Shown piece by piece: positions 47,001-62,000 of a stretch of 64,000 bases of DNA (positions within the stretch are counted from its first letter, which is position 1; each line of letters starts with the position of its first letter). The translations under genes and the position numbers were made by a program. The DNA comes from Vitrella brassicaformis CCMP3155. Its lineage: Eukaryota > Protista > Chromerida. The stretch covers positions 40,155-104,154 of the forward strand of contig CDMY01000355.1 in assembly GCA_001179505.1 (NCBI GenBank), read 5' to 3'. The notes below the pieces were generated by a model, which searched no databases, was not told the origin of the DNA, and saw only the letters and a program-made list of their open reading frames with translations.

Positions 47001-50000
47001 GGTGTGGTGATGGTGACGGCAGGATCGTTGAGGGAGCACATGTTGATGACACCTGCGGCAGCAGGGCTGACGGCAATCGAGATGGACACGCTTTGAGGCG
47101 AGCCGTCTGGGTCGGTGAGTGCCATGGCGTCGAATGTGAGTGGCGTGGCTGTGCCCTCGAGGGTGGTGGAGAAGGTGGGGGTGAGGGTCAGCAGCGGGGC
47201 GTCGTTGACCGCAACGACGGTGATGTCGACGTCTCGCGTCAGGCTCGTCGCAGCGGGGTCGGTGCCGGTGGGCCACGCCTTGACCGTAACCTTGGTCGCG
47301 CCTGCAGCACACAGAAGAAGACAGTGTCCATTTCCATAGACACACACGAGCCCCTCCCTCCCTCCTATGTCTCACCAGCATAGTTTGCCGGCGGCCGATA
47401 CCTCACTCGTGTGAAGATGTCCTGTATGTCCGTCACATCGCCCTGTAGCGTCACGATGCCCGCCACAGCTGGCCGCACACCGCCCCGGTGCAGCACACTG
47501 GGGGGCTCGGGCGAGTCGTCCGGGACGGTCATCAGAATATCGCCCCCAGCCACAGCGTCAGGCGTGACCTCCACAGTGAATGAGAGGTGGGGGTTGGCTG
47601 TGGCCAGCACCACGTCGTCGCGCAGGGGGAAGCCCTCGCTGTCCTCGGACATCTGGAAAGGTGTGGGTGAGTTGTCCCATGTGAGAGTGAATGTCTGCTG
47701 GCAGTCCGGCAGGTGGAGCACGCTTTGGTGGTGCGCAGAGAACCCCTCTGGCGGCGGGATGGTGGCGCTGCTGCCCTCCCCTACTTCAGCGGGGTAGCTC
47801 ACGCCAATGCCAAACACAGCTATGTCGCAATCGCCTTCCGCACTCCTACAACACAACACACCGGCACACCTAGAAATCCGCCATGGACAAACCTATCCCC
47901 CCTTACCATTTCAGTGTCAGCCCCGCCAGCTTGGTCGCCGCGTCGGTGCGTGTGGTCCTGAACACCAGCCGACTCGCATCGTTGGCGGTGCCGTCCTCGA
48001 ACAGAATCCCCGATGTGTCCCCGAGCTCAAGCGTCCCCTTGTCCACCGTCAGCTCCCACCGCACCAGCGCCTGCGCCGCGCCGCCCACAGGCGACGCTCC
48101 ATCGACGTCCGACACAACCAGATCGGAGAACACCTTTGGCGACGGCCCCGCAATGACTCGGTATGAGCCCTGGAAGGCCGAGCCGTCGGTCCACCTGATG
48201 GCTGGGGGGTCGTCTTGGGCCGTGATGGTGACGGTGAGGGGCTGGGATGTGGAGGAAGGGGCGAGAGTTGAGGTGGGCGAGAGGCGGCGTGTGAGGGTGA
48301 AGGTGACGGTCTGGGTGGCGGTGATGTCTGGGGGCGGGGTGTAGAGCATCCTGGTCAGAAAGTGGTTGATGTTGGCTGCGGGGCCGTTGAGCGAGATGGG
48401 GCTGCTCTCACTGCTCTCGCCCGCAATGTTGACTGCACCCCCGGAGGCGGTCACATTCAGCTCCAGGAAGCAGGAGCCGTCCACCACCATGCTGCAGTCG
48501 CCGTCTGCCACACTCACCCCGCTGATGAGCGTCGCCGTGTCCTCCAAAACAGACACCGTCGAACCTGCGGGCAGGGTGATTGTCGGGCTATCGTTGTCCT
48601 GGGCCGTCACAGCGATTGTGAATGACATGCGGCACTCCGGTTGGTGAGCTGGGAGGGACATGCCATCAGTGACGCTGAGGTCCACACCCACCGTCCCATA
48701 GTAGTCTTGCTGCGGCGTGACGAAGAAATAGCCCTGGAAGAAGGCCTCAATATCTGCGGGCGAGCCGGCCAGAATGGCTTGAGACACCAGCAGCGGGGCG
48801 GCCACTGGCGCATAGGGGGCCGACTGGCTGGTGGAGACCTCTGTCGACGTCACCGCCACCCCCAGAGCCTTCAGAATCAACGCGAAGGGGTCGGCGTCTC
48901 GGAGCCCCATCTGTGTGTCGATCTCGGCAACGATGGCTGCGATGGCGAGGCCACCGTTGTGGGCCGAGAAGGCCACTCGGACAGATGGCGGGGGAGTCGC
49001 CAGGCCGGTCGTCAGATGCACATCGCCGTGGAACGTCAGGGGGCACTTGAATGGGGTGTCTTCGACCGTTGAGAGTGGGTAGGTGGACAGAGGTATGTAG
49101 AACCCACAGGCCTGCAGGCACCACATACACCCCACATCAACGCACACACACAGAGACAATTGTACCCTCTCCGTGTGCTCACCGCGGTAATGGGCAGCAC
49201 GTCAAGCGACAGGGTGCTCTGGTCGGTCAGCTCGGCCGCTGTGCATGACGCCGACAACGATGGCTTGTCAGTGGTCGACGGCCACTGCCCCATCAGCACC
49301 ATTGATGCGGGGCAGCCGATGCTGCTCTTGTCGCTGAGTGTGACCGTCACAGAGGCCGTTCTGAGAGGCGTGGAGGGGTCATGGGTGCGGAGGGCGCGTG
49401 CGGGCAGCGGCAGCAGCACCTGCAGGTGCTGCACCAGCAGCTGGAGGGAGGGCAGCGGCCCCTCGACCGTGATGGATGTGTCGGACTGAAGCCGGCCCGT
49501 AATGCTCTGTAGCACCCAAGACCTCTCCACCATGTGTGTGGGGTCGACGCCCACCAGCCCCTCAGACACAGACACAGTCAGCCGCATCCACAGCGATGCG
49601 TCCATCGCCCCGTCCGGCTCGTCCAGGGTGATGTAGCTGCCGAGTGGATACTGCCCGCCCTCGGCCACAGTGAGCAGGGCGGTCGCATCGGGTGCGGTGG
49701 TGCCTGTGTGGATGGTGACGGCGGGTGGGTCGTTGATGGGGTGGACATCGAGCAGAGACTGGGACTGGTCGTAGAGGGCGCCGGGGCCGCTTGGGGGGGG
49801 AGATGGTGCCGCCAGCCATTCACGTACCTGCAGGGCCCACACACAACACACATAATTAAAGGTGGGTGGACGATTGCGTTGTGTGTCCATGCCATGCCAT
49901 GCCATGGGTGTCTTCATACCTTGATGGTGAGTAGGTCTTGGCCATACCAATGGGGTTTGGGGTCGTACCAGAGGTCCCCAAGCATCCCAACCAACGCACC

Positions 50001-53000
50001 CACGGGGCCCGACACTGAACACACACGACACAGCACAGCACGGACATTGCAGGCACAAGCAACAAAGACACCACCCTCCTTACCAGTGACGCTCCCAACA
50101 CTCTGCCCATCCAGGAAGCTGACAGCCACGGCATCACTTCCCGTGAGAGCCGTCCAGTAGCCGCCCCCTGCCGAGCGTCCCCCCAGGCGCACCCCTCCAA
50201 CCCTCGCAGCCACCTCCAGTGTGAGCATGTCAGGTGAGGGCAGCGGGGTGGCCGTGAGCGACAACCAATTCGCCATGCTGATGGGAGTGTCTTCCAGGAG
50301 GTACATCAGGGGTGGTGCGGTGATGGACCGGAGGGGCCGGGAGTGGTGCAGGATCGACACACGGATGGGGAGCGAGGCGGATGCCGATGGCTGAGTCGCG
50401 CGGAATCGCTCGGCCGTCACCGTCAGATTGACAATGTCCTCGCCGACGTGAGCGGCATCGGCAACGTAGATCAGCCCGTCGAGCATGGCTTGGACATCGG
50501 CGTACGTCGTGGGGATCTCGATGGGCGACGGGAGGGCCCAGGGCACCTCGACGTGACCCTGCAGTGCGACCCTGCCGTGAGTGAATGTGACGCCCAGAAG
50601 TAAAGGGTCGCTGGACACTGCTGAGGAGGAGGGCATGGCCACCGACACACCGCCCAACGGCACCTGCATTAAGCGACCAGACACAAACAAGCATGAGCCA
50701 CAGTCTTCTGTCCTTCCAGCTGCATCTATACCGTCTCGCCCTTGGTCACGGTGAGAGGTTCTGCGATGGCTGAGGTGAGGGATGGAGGGGCCGGGTCAGG
50801 GCGGTCGGCGTAGATGAACAGACGGTCGGTCGACAGGGGATTGGGGGCGGATATGTCGTTGGGAGCGCGGAGAGCTATGCCGATGGTGGCCAAACCTGCA
50901 GGCGCGGCGCATAAGAGACAAAACAGCGTGCCTGGGGTCTCTTCTGGTGAGTGTCAGTCACCTCGTTGTGTCAGGGTGCTCTCTTTGAAGTGCAGCGCCT
51001 CCAGGGAAGGCCGCAGCTCCCCCATGCTCCCCGTCAGCACCATCCGCCTCTCGAATGTAGGGGACGTGCCAACCTTCAGCCCTGCAGTGGGGCTGTCGCA
51101 CTCCAACACCACCTCGAACATGCCGCCCACATCCACAGAGTCCTCACTATTGGCGTTCACCAGCCGCACCGCATCAGAAGCCAACGCAAGAGTGTCCCCA
51201 GCCGTCACGCGATACCCCCTGCTCTCCACCAACAGAACAGGGTAGGCCTCGCTCTGCCGCAGCTGTATGTCGATCCGCGGCGTCACTGCTATCAGTGAAG
51301 CGGGCGGCTCCACGGCAAAGTCGAAGGGGCTGCCCCCGTTGAGATGGTGATGCTCCAGCACTGCTCCTGGGTCGAACGCCTCCACACGCACCACGTCGCC
51401 AGCAGCGCATTCTGCCACCGTCGCGCAGGGGAAGCGGACGGACAAGCGGATGTTGACGAAGTCCATCAGAGCTGACGGCAGCCCCTTGATGGTGAAGCTC
51501 CCGTGCCGCTCGGCAGCTGGCGCATGGGTGCTGTAGACGCCACTGAGGGCATTGTCAGTCACGCGGTGAGGGAGGAATCGGCAGGCCCGACAAATAAGGG
51601 ATAGCGACACGGGGAAGGGGTGGGCGATCTGGAGGTCCAACACACTCCTAAAGGGCAGCCAGCGGTTGCGGTGCGACCATGCCACCGTGCTGCCCACACG
51701 CGCCGACGGCTGTATGCCAAGCGTCACAGCTGGTGCGGTCAGGGGGGCAGTCACGTTGACGAAGATCTCCGTCTCGGCGATGGGCCGCGACGCACCCTGG
51801 GGCGCCACACTGATCGAGAGAGGCACCAGTAGCGCCTCTCGCCGGCCCTCTGCGAAGCTTCCCAAGCCGGGAGGGACGTAGATCAGGCCAGAGAGAATAC
51901 CTGACAGCTCTGTGAGGCCGCCTGCCGCCGTGTATTGAGGCGCCGTCACCGGCCAGCCACTCAACGAGCCGACAAACATGTCGATGCTGAGCTCAAAAGC
52001 GAATTGGTCCATGACGCCCGCAACTAGTGGGTTGGCCCTCAGTGTCACTCCAGAAGCAGATAGAGGGAGCGGGTCGCCGCGTGTGGAGAGATGGGGGTGG
52101 GTGGCTGTGAGGGCCACGCTGAAGGGCGGCGCGTCCTGAGGCATCTCGATGGACAGAGGGAGCGACAGCGCCGACGTCATGGCATCCTTGAGCGCATCCG
52201 ACGTCTGCAGGCGGGACACGTCCGTGACAAAGATGCCGATCTGCCCGACGTGTGTCGAGCCCGAAACCACTCCACTGGGGTCGCCCTTCAACGCGATGCT
52301 GCTGCCGCTGCTGAGCACACGATTAACTTCCCTCGCAGGACCGGCAAACCGCACTACAGAGCTCTCATTGGCGAGTGGCGTCACATAGGTGTAGTTGCTC
52401 TCCTCGTAACCGACATGCAGCCCCAGCCCCGCCTGCGGCACGACCACAAGATGCCCGCCCGTCGACCGCACCGTCACCTCAATCACAGGCTCCTTGGTGT
52501 CCATCGGCGTGAGGGACGTCACTTGGCAAGAGGGCAGGAAAACCTGGTAGCCGATTGTGACCTCGACGCGGCCGCTGTCGCACGCCAGCTGAGGGGCGGG
52601 TGGGGGCACACGCACGCCGAGAGTGATGGAGTGCTCGAAGCCGCTGGGGAGGCAGTCGGCTGCGGCGACCATCGTGGTGGTAGCGGGGTTCTGTAGGGGC
52701 TTGGTGGCCGCGGTGGCCAGCAGTGAGGCGCTGGGCTGGAAAGCCAGGGACGCCATGGCATCGTTGATCTCCTGCAAGGCCCCCCGCAGCGACCACCGAG
52801 CCGCCACGTTCACGGAGTTCACAGCACACTGGGGTGGGCAGGTCCGCACCGCCAAGCCCCCGGCCCCCACAGTCGCACTCATATCGGCCAGCTGCCCGAG
52901 CTGCCCGCCAGACAGCAGCGTGACGAAGGCCTCCACCTGCACGCCCGCGAGATGGCCCTGGGGGTCCTCGAACGACATTGACGGCAGGGGGAACACCTTC

Positions 53001-56000
53001 GTCGAGTCGGTAGACGCCGCATGGACATCTGTGTAGTGTGGGGCGGTGAGGGAGCAGTGGGCTGTGGCGGGGGGGCTGATGCGGATGACGGCATCCTGGC
53101 TCACGTGGTGCTGCACGGGGGTCGTCTGGTGGGCTATGTCCACTGCGATGGCGTCCTCGACCGCTGTGGCGGCCAGGCCCCTCACCGGTGTCTCGCCCAC
53201 ATACATCACGTGGTTCGACAGCACCTGGTTGAGGCTCCGCAACGTGCCCCTGACCACCATGTGAGAGGGAGAATTGACCTGGGCCTGTGCCAGCTCGTCC
53301 GGGTAAGGGTATGGCCCCACGATGCTCCAGTTGCCCCGCTGAGCCGTCATCTGCACCGTCAGCACGTCGCTCCTTCGCGCGTCGGGTGCGCTGATCTGCA
53401 GCCAGCCGCCCAGCAGCCGCGGCCAGTTGGTCTGCACGTCGAAAGGCGATGACGCCACGAGCAACGAGGGGGGGTCTGGTGTGGCTGTGACGACAACGGG
53501 CAAAGTGGCTGTGGTCTCATAAGCTGTCGTGGCCGACAGATCCCGCACCACCACGTCGATCAGCTGTGTGCCGCTGAAGTCTGCTGGAGGGGTGTAGGTG
53601 GCCTGTGAGGCGCGCAGGAGGCCCGCAAGCTCCTGCACCGTCGTGGCTCTCGCCGACATGACATTGGCCGCAGTGTAGCTGACACTCCCACCCGTCACGA
53701 CTGCGGTGCCTGCGGGCGATTGAAGCGTCCCCGTGAGCTTGGTTGCATCATCCCACGTGACATCTCTGGCTGTGATTCGCAGCTCCACTGCGCCCCCGGG
53801 GACGATGCCGTCGATGGTGATGATGTTGTCCCAGAGTGGGAGCTGCCCGTCCTCTGCCACCTGTAGAGGCGCCGCCGAAGTGCTGTGTGCGATGGATATG
53901 GACGCGCCGGCAGGATTGGCAACGACGACATCGCACTCGATGGAGGGCGTCACGATGGTCGAGCCCGATTGGAAGGGCGACACTGGGGTGTAGAGGGCCG
54001 ATGGGAGGGAGAACAGATGCACTGGTCCACTGTCGCTTGTGGCGTGTCCGGTTGCTGTCACAGTCACCCTCCGAGTGCACTCGATCGCCCTCGTGTCTGG
54101 GCATGGACAAGCGGCATAGTACAGCTCGCTCTGCATCAGGTAGTTGATGCGGTCGATGTCAAACCCCCGCAGCACCAGCTCCCTCCCGTTGCTCAGCACG
54201 GCGAAATCCCGCTGCGTGCCCGGCACCCTCAGCCGCTTCCATTGCCACGTGCCGTCATCCAGACCGCCTCCCTGCCCCCCGACCAGCCCCCAAGGCGCCC
54301 TCGACGCCTCCCGCTGCTGCTCGTGCTGTGTGGTCTGTCGGAACTCGATGGCGTCTTGGCAAGACGTCATGCCGAGAATGGCTGGACTGTAGGTGACGGG
54401 CCCGTCCGCTGTCACGTGGACAGTGTACTCAAGCTGAGCCGTCAGGGGGACGTCCTGGCCGGCTGTGAGGGTGAGACCGAGCCCGCTCAGAGGGATGGCC
54501 AGCGGCTGCATGGCTTGGCCTGACACGGACGGCTGGCCCGTCCGGGTGAGCAGCAGCGTGCCCCCCTGGTTGTTCGAGGGCTGCGTGACCACGACTGCCA
54601 CCTGCAGCTGCACCGAATGGCGATCGTCGACCACCGTGACGTCGACGCCGGCCGACCCCCGATACCCGACAGATGATGCATACTCCAGCCCCTGTAGTGC
54701 AGCCGCCACCTGTGCCGCTGTGCCCTGGAAGGCCAGCAGGAATCCCGGCGGGTAGTCGAGAGGCCGGTACTCCGCTGTGGTCGGGCTGACAGGGGCTGAC
54801 GGTGCGAGAGCAACGGTTCCGTCGCCCGTGACGCGGACCTCCACCTCCAGCCTGTCGACACCACCGCCACCCATGCCGTCGTCAGCAAATGTGATGGACG
54901 CCTTGCTGCCGATAGACACAGTCCTGCCTGCCGAGACGAAGACCACTGGATGGGCGGCGGTGAGGGTGGGCGGCTGGTTGACAGCTGTGAGCGTGACGGA
55001 GAGGGCTGCTTCGTTGCTGCCGGGTGAGCGGAGCAGTACTCGAGCTGTGGACGAGGGCCAGGGCGAGAGTGTGGGTGGCGCTGCGATTGTGAGGTCACTG
55101 AGGCAGTCGCGGAGGAGAGAGATGCTCCTTGCCGTGATGGTCAGGGCAGTGGGGTGGGAGACCTGGCTGCTCAGCAGAGAGAGGCGCTCTGGAAAGAGGA
55201 AAGGATACACACAGGTGCCCGTGTCCGATGGATGTGGCCGTGTGCTCGCGCACCTAAGCCAGTTGCAGTGACGGCAACGGTGCAGAGAGAAGGCAGCGGC
55301 GTGACGAACACCAGCCCGCCCTCCAGCCACACATCCATCGACGCACTCGAATGCCCCGGCAGCTCCGCGGCGTTGACCAGCTCATCCTCATAGTCCACAG
55401 ACGTCACGCCGACCACACCCGCCAAAGCCAGCCCCCCACCGATCTCCATCGACGTTTCTGGCGGGGCCAGCAGGATGGTCGGCTGCAGCGGGTCCTTTGC
55501 CGACGTCACGTGGATCCACACAGAGTGGTCGAGCGTCACGGCGGTCAGTGCCGCCTGTATCTGCAGCCGACAGGTGGGGGATTGGTGCGTGTTGAAGTCG
55601 GGAGTGGGGAGGAAGACCACGCCGCAAATCGGCACAGCCACCGCCGGCAGCCGGATGCGGAGCGTCGATGAGCCGGCACACGCCCCTGCCAGCACCACCG
55701 CCCCCTGCCCAGCCCACGTGCTGCACAAGGTCGCTTCAATGGTGCCCTGATACGCCGTCAGCGTCAGCACAACGTCATCCCCTTGTGTGAAGCCGTCGAT
55801 GGCGATGCACGGGAGCGACAGGGGGGTGTCCTCCATGGTTGAGAGGTCCTCCTGGGGGCTGGTTGGCGGCACCAAGACGACCTTGGGCGTGGCGGGGGAG
55901 TCGGGATGCACCCGAATGGGCACGGACAGAGACGACGAGGCGGTCGGGTCGCCCTCTGTGCCGTAGACAGTGATCCACAGCTGGTCGTAGAAGTCGCTGC

Positions 56001-59000
56001 CCCTCTCCATGTACCGGCCGTCGATTGGAATCCACCGGTAATACAGATCCCTCAGAGCCGTGTTCACGTCATTGAGGGCCGCTGGGCCAAACACCAGATA
56101 CTTGCCGTCATAGCGCAGTGAGTCAGCCTGCAGGACGCTGCTCACGACAGCGCTGCTCGTGTCGTGGAAGAGGCTCCCCCGCCCCAGCAGCTCCACACCA
56201 GCGCTCCCACTCGTCCGGTTCCCCCCCACCATCCGCACACCCATCTCCACAACCACACCTGTGCACACCAACGGCTGAGCGCTCGACAGGGATACAGCGG
56301 GGCCGAGGGCGATGGCGCTGAGATCCGTCACCTCCAGCGTGCCCGCTGCCGCCACCGAAATGTCGCAAGATGGCTGAAGGGCTCGCCTAAAGATAACTGT
56401 TGCACTGGTGGCCGCCTTGGGGTGTGCAGTGGGGTTGAGAGTGAGGTGGAGAGAGAGCCGGCCACGGGCATGCTGATCTGGGGATAGCATGAGTGTGTGG
56501 ACGCCTGACGAGAGGGCGGGTAGGGGGCCTGATACGATGGCTTTGCGGAAGTAGAGAGGGGGCCCGGTGGTGTCGGTGAAGCTCAGAGGCGGGATGTACT
56601 CGATGCTCACACCCTGGCACAGCACACACAGGTCCATGAAGGTGAGTTAAGTGCATGGACAGATCACCAGCCAACATAGCATGCCCCTGTTTAGTTACCG
56701 ACCGGGTGTGATGTGTCCAGCGACGGCAAAGCGATCCTGCCGCCCGTCTCCATCCACACCACCAGCCTGTAGGGAGAGGCCGTCGCGTCACCTGCCTGCA
56801 AAGTGATGCCGGTGAGCGTGAATTCGCCCACAGCCGGGATATCTATGGGCCGCTGGGGGTCTGCTGTGTCGACGGAGAGGGCAGGGTCGTCATAGGGAAT
56901 GGAAACGGTGGGCGGGAGGGGGCGTGGTGACACCGACACAGCGATGCTGCCTGCATGCGCGGGCACACACATAGGCGGGCGCTTTTGTCGGCGTGTGAAG
57001 GAAGTGTTCGGAGTTTGTGTGCTGACTGACTGACCTGTTGCTGTTCCAGCGTCTTGGTCCTGTGTGTGTCTGAAGTGTTCCACTGACACTGATACCACCC
57101 CGCTGCTGCCGCCGTCGGCCATGGTCGTCTCCAGATACACCAAATCTGGAAGGGCAGCCAAACCGCTCGGCAGCACCCTCAAAGACAGCTGACTCAACCA
57201 CAGACACACGCACACACACACACATCACCATCACACACACACACACACACACAGAGTTCATGTCGCCTTCACCCCGCTCACCTTTGCGCATCCCCGAAGG
57301 CACGATGCCGGCGCACTGTCAGAGGCCGGTTGGAGAAGGTTGGGGTACTGCAATGTCAGCCCCCCGACGGTCGTCTCAATGGTCACACTGAGCATGGCCG
57401 TGGGGCCGCCCTCCAGCCCATCCACATACAGCTGTGAGGGGGCGGTGTAGTAGTCGGATGCATCCAGATCGGTCAGGGTGAGCGCGCCGTCCAGCGACAC
57501 CTGAGCAGGGCAACAAAAGAGGATTGTGATCCGTCATAAGTTTGCGTCATGTACGGTGGCTGACCTTCTTGCCGGCAGTAACGGTGAGGTCTGCATCGAC
57601 CTGCGGCGGCTGTAGCCGGCGGATCACCGCTACCCAGAAGCGCCAGCGACCCACAAACTCATAGTCACCTGCATACACACGAAAAGCCGAATGACGCCGT
57701 TGTGTTTGTGAGAGCCTCTGCGACCTCATTGCTCGCCCCACCGGAGCCAATGGTGCGTTCAGCCTTCAGGAGTGCCTCGATGGTCGCCACGGGCGAAGTG
57801 AGTGACCCAGCCGGCACGGCAAGCCGAGCGCCCTCGAGCAGCACATTCTTGGTGACGGTGACAGACGTCTGCCATCCGATAGAGCGACCTCTGAGTGGGT
57901 GCAGCAGCGTCAGGGATGAGGCACCAATGGCCGTGGACGCCACGGTGTTGGTGTCGATGCTCAGCTCGCCGACTGTTGTGGTCAGCTCCACACGAACACT
58001 CTTAGGCCTGCATGCAGTGCAGAAACCCACCGAGAGACAACACAGCCACGTGGATTGGATGTATGGCCACTCATTGTCATTGGTTGATCGCTCCGCTCCC
58101 ACCCATCTGCTGAGCTTGCGACCAGTGCGATTCCACCAATAAGCACATCCTGCCCCTCCTCCACAGACAGCGCTCCATTAGGCGGCACATCCAGCCGCAT
58201 GACGGTCCCCCTCTGCACCACCTCAAGGGCCAGTGTCTCGGTCACTGGGGCTGGCATGACGGTGCTGCCCTCGCTGCCCGTGTAGCCAAAGTCCTGCACA
58301 CTCACGGTGAGGGTGTCGGTGCCGCTGAAGTTGGCAGAGGGCGGCCAGTAGTGCACCCACTGGAGACACTCGTTGAGCCGCAGCAGACTCCCAGATAGGA
58401 CGAGTCGGTGAGCTGTCCGCTGCTTGACCAGCACCCCCGCCTCAGACATGAGCCCGATGGTCCCCTCGTCCACGTGGATGTCCACCTCGACTGGCGACGT
58501 CCGCCACTCCTCTGCGTCGATGTCACTTACCGCCACAGGGGGCAGAAGGGACGCCGTGGCCGGATCTCCCACCACTCCACCGTCAGCCAGGCCATTCAGC
58601 ACGCTCAGCGGCGACACACCTACCGTCCCCCCAACCAGGGCCACATCGAACTCGATGGTCGGCAGGCTGTTCGATGGTGTGGTGGCCACGTGCCAACATG
58701 CCGTGGTCTTTCGCGTCGTGACGCCCTCAGCATCGATCGTCCCAGCGACGCCCCCATCGTCGAGCGTGATGCAGAGGGAGTCGAGCCCAGGGTTGAGGTG
58801 GTTGCCGTGCAGTGGGGGCCTGTATACAAGGGTTGCTAGGGCGTTCTGTAGCGCTGCGAGCGTCCCCACCAAGGCCAGAGTCGACGGTGGGCCCTGCCGC
58901 TGGTCGACCGTCACCGCGTGGCTGGCCGCGTCCACCGAGACGCTCCCGAAGGAAGCCGACACAGTGAGGGTCATGCGTGGAGGTGTCGACTCGAATGCTG

Positions 59001-62000
59001 CGTCAGGGTCGCTCAGCACGAAGGAGCTCAGAGCGATGGGTGCGTCCTCGGTGCCCGTGATGGTCCTCCACCAAGGATAGAGCGGCGATGTGACGGACGG
59101 CGGGTCGTTGACGGCCTCGACAGTGATGGCGAAGGACAAGTCGCGGCACACTCTCTCCACCGAGGGGGCCGCTGGCGGTGCATGGGACCGGTCGTCGAGG
59201 GATGGGAAGCAGACCTCAACAGTGACGGTGACCGGGCCCCCATTCTCGCTGGACCAGTGTGGGGTCGAGTGGAGGAACACAAACCGCCGTATCATTCGCT
59301 CCATCGAGGCAGCCGCGGCGATGCCCTCGATCTTGCTCGCATCAACGGAGAGTAGCTGCGTCAGCCAGTCGGATGGCGACACACGCGTGGATAGAGGAGA
59401 TGTCTCCCATTTGGGCCTGCCCGCTCCCCATGTGTGTGGGAAGAGCCGGCCCTGGTCCACCTCCACAGAGAAGAAAAAAGGATAGAGCGGCAGGTCGCTG
59501 TCAATGTGCAGGCCGATGTCGCCCAGTGGGGCGGCCGTGTCCTCCTTGGCTGTGAGTGAGGTGTGGTCGAGTGCGATGGTGGGGAGGTTGGCGGCCACCC
59601 TGGCTGTCTCGATGACGAAGTCAAACGAGAATGTGGTGGTGAGGTTGCCGCCTCGCCCCTCGACGCCGCCGTCTGCCGCACGTATCTGCACCACCTCCTC
59701 GCCCTCAAACGACTCAGGGGGCCGGTACACCACCTGCACATTGAAGGGGACAGATAGGCCCAGTGACGGTGGTCATCTTTGTCCCTGTGTGAAGAGCTTA
59801 CCGAGTGCAGCATGGTAGTGACGTCGTCTCTCGTCCCAGGACCGATCATGAGGTAGCGGTGAAGCGCTGGCGGCGGTGGGATGGCCGTCACAGGCAGAGA
59901 CCCAGCCAGGGCGTCGAAGTGCCCCACACGGCACTCGACCGTCGCAGTGAAGGTGTTCCACTCGGCCTTCTGCACACTGCCGCTCAGATCCGCATCGTCG
60001 ATAGAGAAACTCCCGAACCCCACTGTCTGGTCGCTCCACACGTGGCTGGGCGGCATCGCCGTCACCCTGACAATGGGTGGGTCGTTGACGGCCTCGACAG
60101 CGATGGTGGTGTGGAAGTCGACTGTGAGTGGTGTAGGGTCCTGGGCTGTTCGTGTGGATGGGTCGATGGCTGGGCTGCCGTAGCCGTTGTCATCGATGAA
60201 GACCTTCATGGCCACATCGCCGTTCATGTGGAGAGGGGGTGTGAACCGAAGGTCGTCAAGACAGGCCCGCAGGATTGACATGGCGGGGTACGTCGACGGC
60301 CGTGTCGTCAAACGGCAGGACACTGCACCAGGCAGACACACGCAGTGGGATCACTGTATGTATTCGGGCCATCGCTTCACTTACCGCCTGCAGCGTATGG
60401 ACAGTCGGTGACGAAATAAGTCCGCAAGTCGATGGGCGCAGTAAAGCCCTCCACATTGACGACCTTGTGGTTGGGGCATCCGACCCACCCCTGGGCCGCC
60501 TGCACGCTGAGGGTGTAGTAGCTGTCAGGCAGATGCGCCCCGTCATCGGTCACATCGATGCAGCACAGCCTGGTCAGATAGCCGTCCTCTGGCGCAGACA
60601 GGGGGCCGCTTGTGAGCGTCACGGAAGGGCGCTGGTTGGCCGCATGGACGAACACCGCAATGTCAGCCGAGAAGGCCACCGGCACGCCGCCCTCCTCCAC
60701 TGTCATCAAGACGGTGATGTGCTGCATGGAGCTGCCGTGGCTGCCGGCCGAGTCACGATGCACCGACAGCGACGCCAGGTCAGCATTGGCCTGCGCGAAG
60801 GTGCAGCCGATGCACGAGATGGACGTGGCTGCAGCCGAGGGGTCGCCGAACGAGATCTGAAAAAAGACAGCAACAAACACTAGTGGTTGCTGCAATGTGC
60901 GTCGCCCTTCTCCCCGACCGTGAGAGGCCCCGCGTCGACGGAGAGTGTCATGTCGATGGTGTCAAACGCCCCATGGACCAAAGCCACATTCCCCAGGGTC
61001 TTGGTGGTCTCCCCGACCAGCACCTCATACAGCGGCTCCCGCTCCAGTCGCGGCATTCGAGCAGGCAGGTGCAGACCGACCGACCTGGACACTGACAGCC
61101 CCGTGAGCCGATTGGTGGCATTGACGACCATCTGCAGGCTGCCGTGCACCTCCTCATTGCGGATGAGGGTGAGAGGATCCATGAGACGATTCGACAGAGG
61201 GCCACACGTGAAACATCCCACCAGCGACTGACGCCGCGGATCACCACTGTGTGTACACAAGACAGACAGACAGACAGATGGACAATTGATGCCCAGACAC
61301 CACACCCACAACCATGCTTGTCTGGCTCGCTCACGCGATGGCGACGGCCCATATGTTGACGGGCTGGCGAAAGGTCACTTGGATGAAGGGATCAGCATCA
61401 TGCAGATCCGGCAGCCAGCACGAGGAGTATGAAGACACCAAAGCAGCCCGATCGGCCGCGAAATACACAGGGGAGAACTCCGATGACGCGATGATGGTAA
61501 GTGCGGTCGATGGCGGCACATCAGCGGCTTGACTCGCCCAGACTAGCGGGGCTGCCGACTGTGCTGAGCAGAAGGTCGACAGCGGGCATCCATACACCTC
61601 AAAACGAAGGGCAGGGAACCTGATTGTTGACAAAACGGGTTAAACAAAATATGCATGCATCCTTCCTTTTCCGTGTCGTATCACGTCGATCGACCGTCTT
61701 CCCTTGTTTCGCCACTCACCCAGAGAACTTGCGGGGCCGAATCCGCAGCCTCTGCGCCGGCACTGGCTGTCCAAATGAGGTCTTGTGTGCCGCCTGCGCG
61801 TCCGCCGGTCCGCTGAGCCCGTCCTGCACCCTCCACTCCTCCGCCCACTCGATCTGGCCGACCGTCTCGATGGCATACTCCGTCACCCACCCGCCATAAG
61901 CAACCTGCCGCCCCTCGTCGTTGCTTCGCCAGTAGCATGACGCTTGGGAGGCGAAGGGCGAGAGGGACAGCTGCACGGGCGGGCTGGGGCGGGAGAGGTC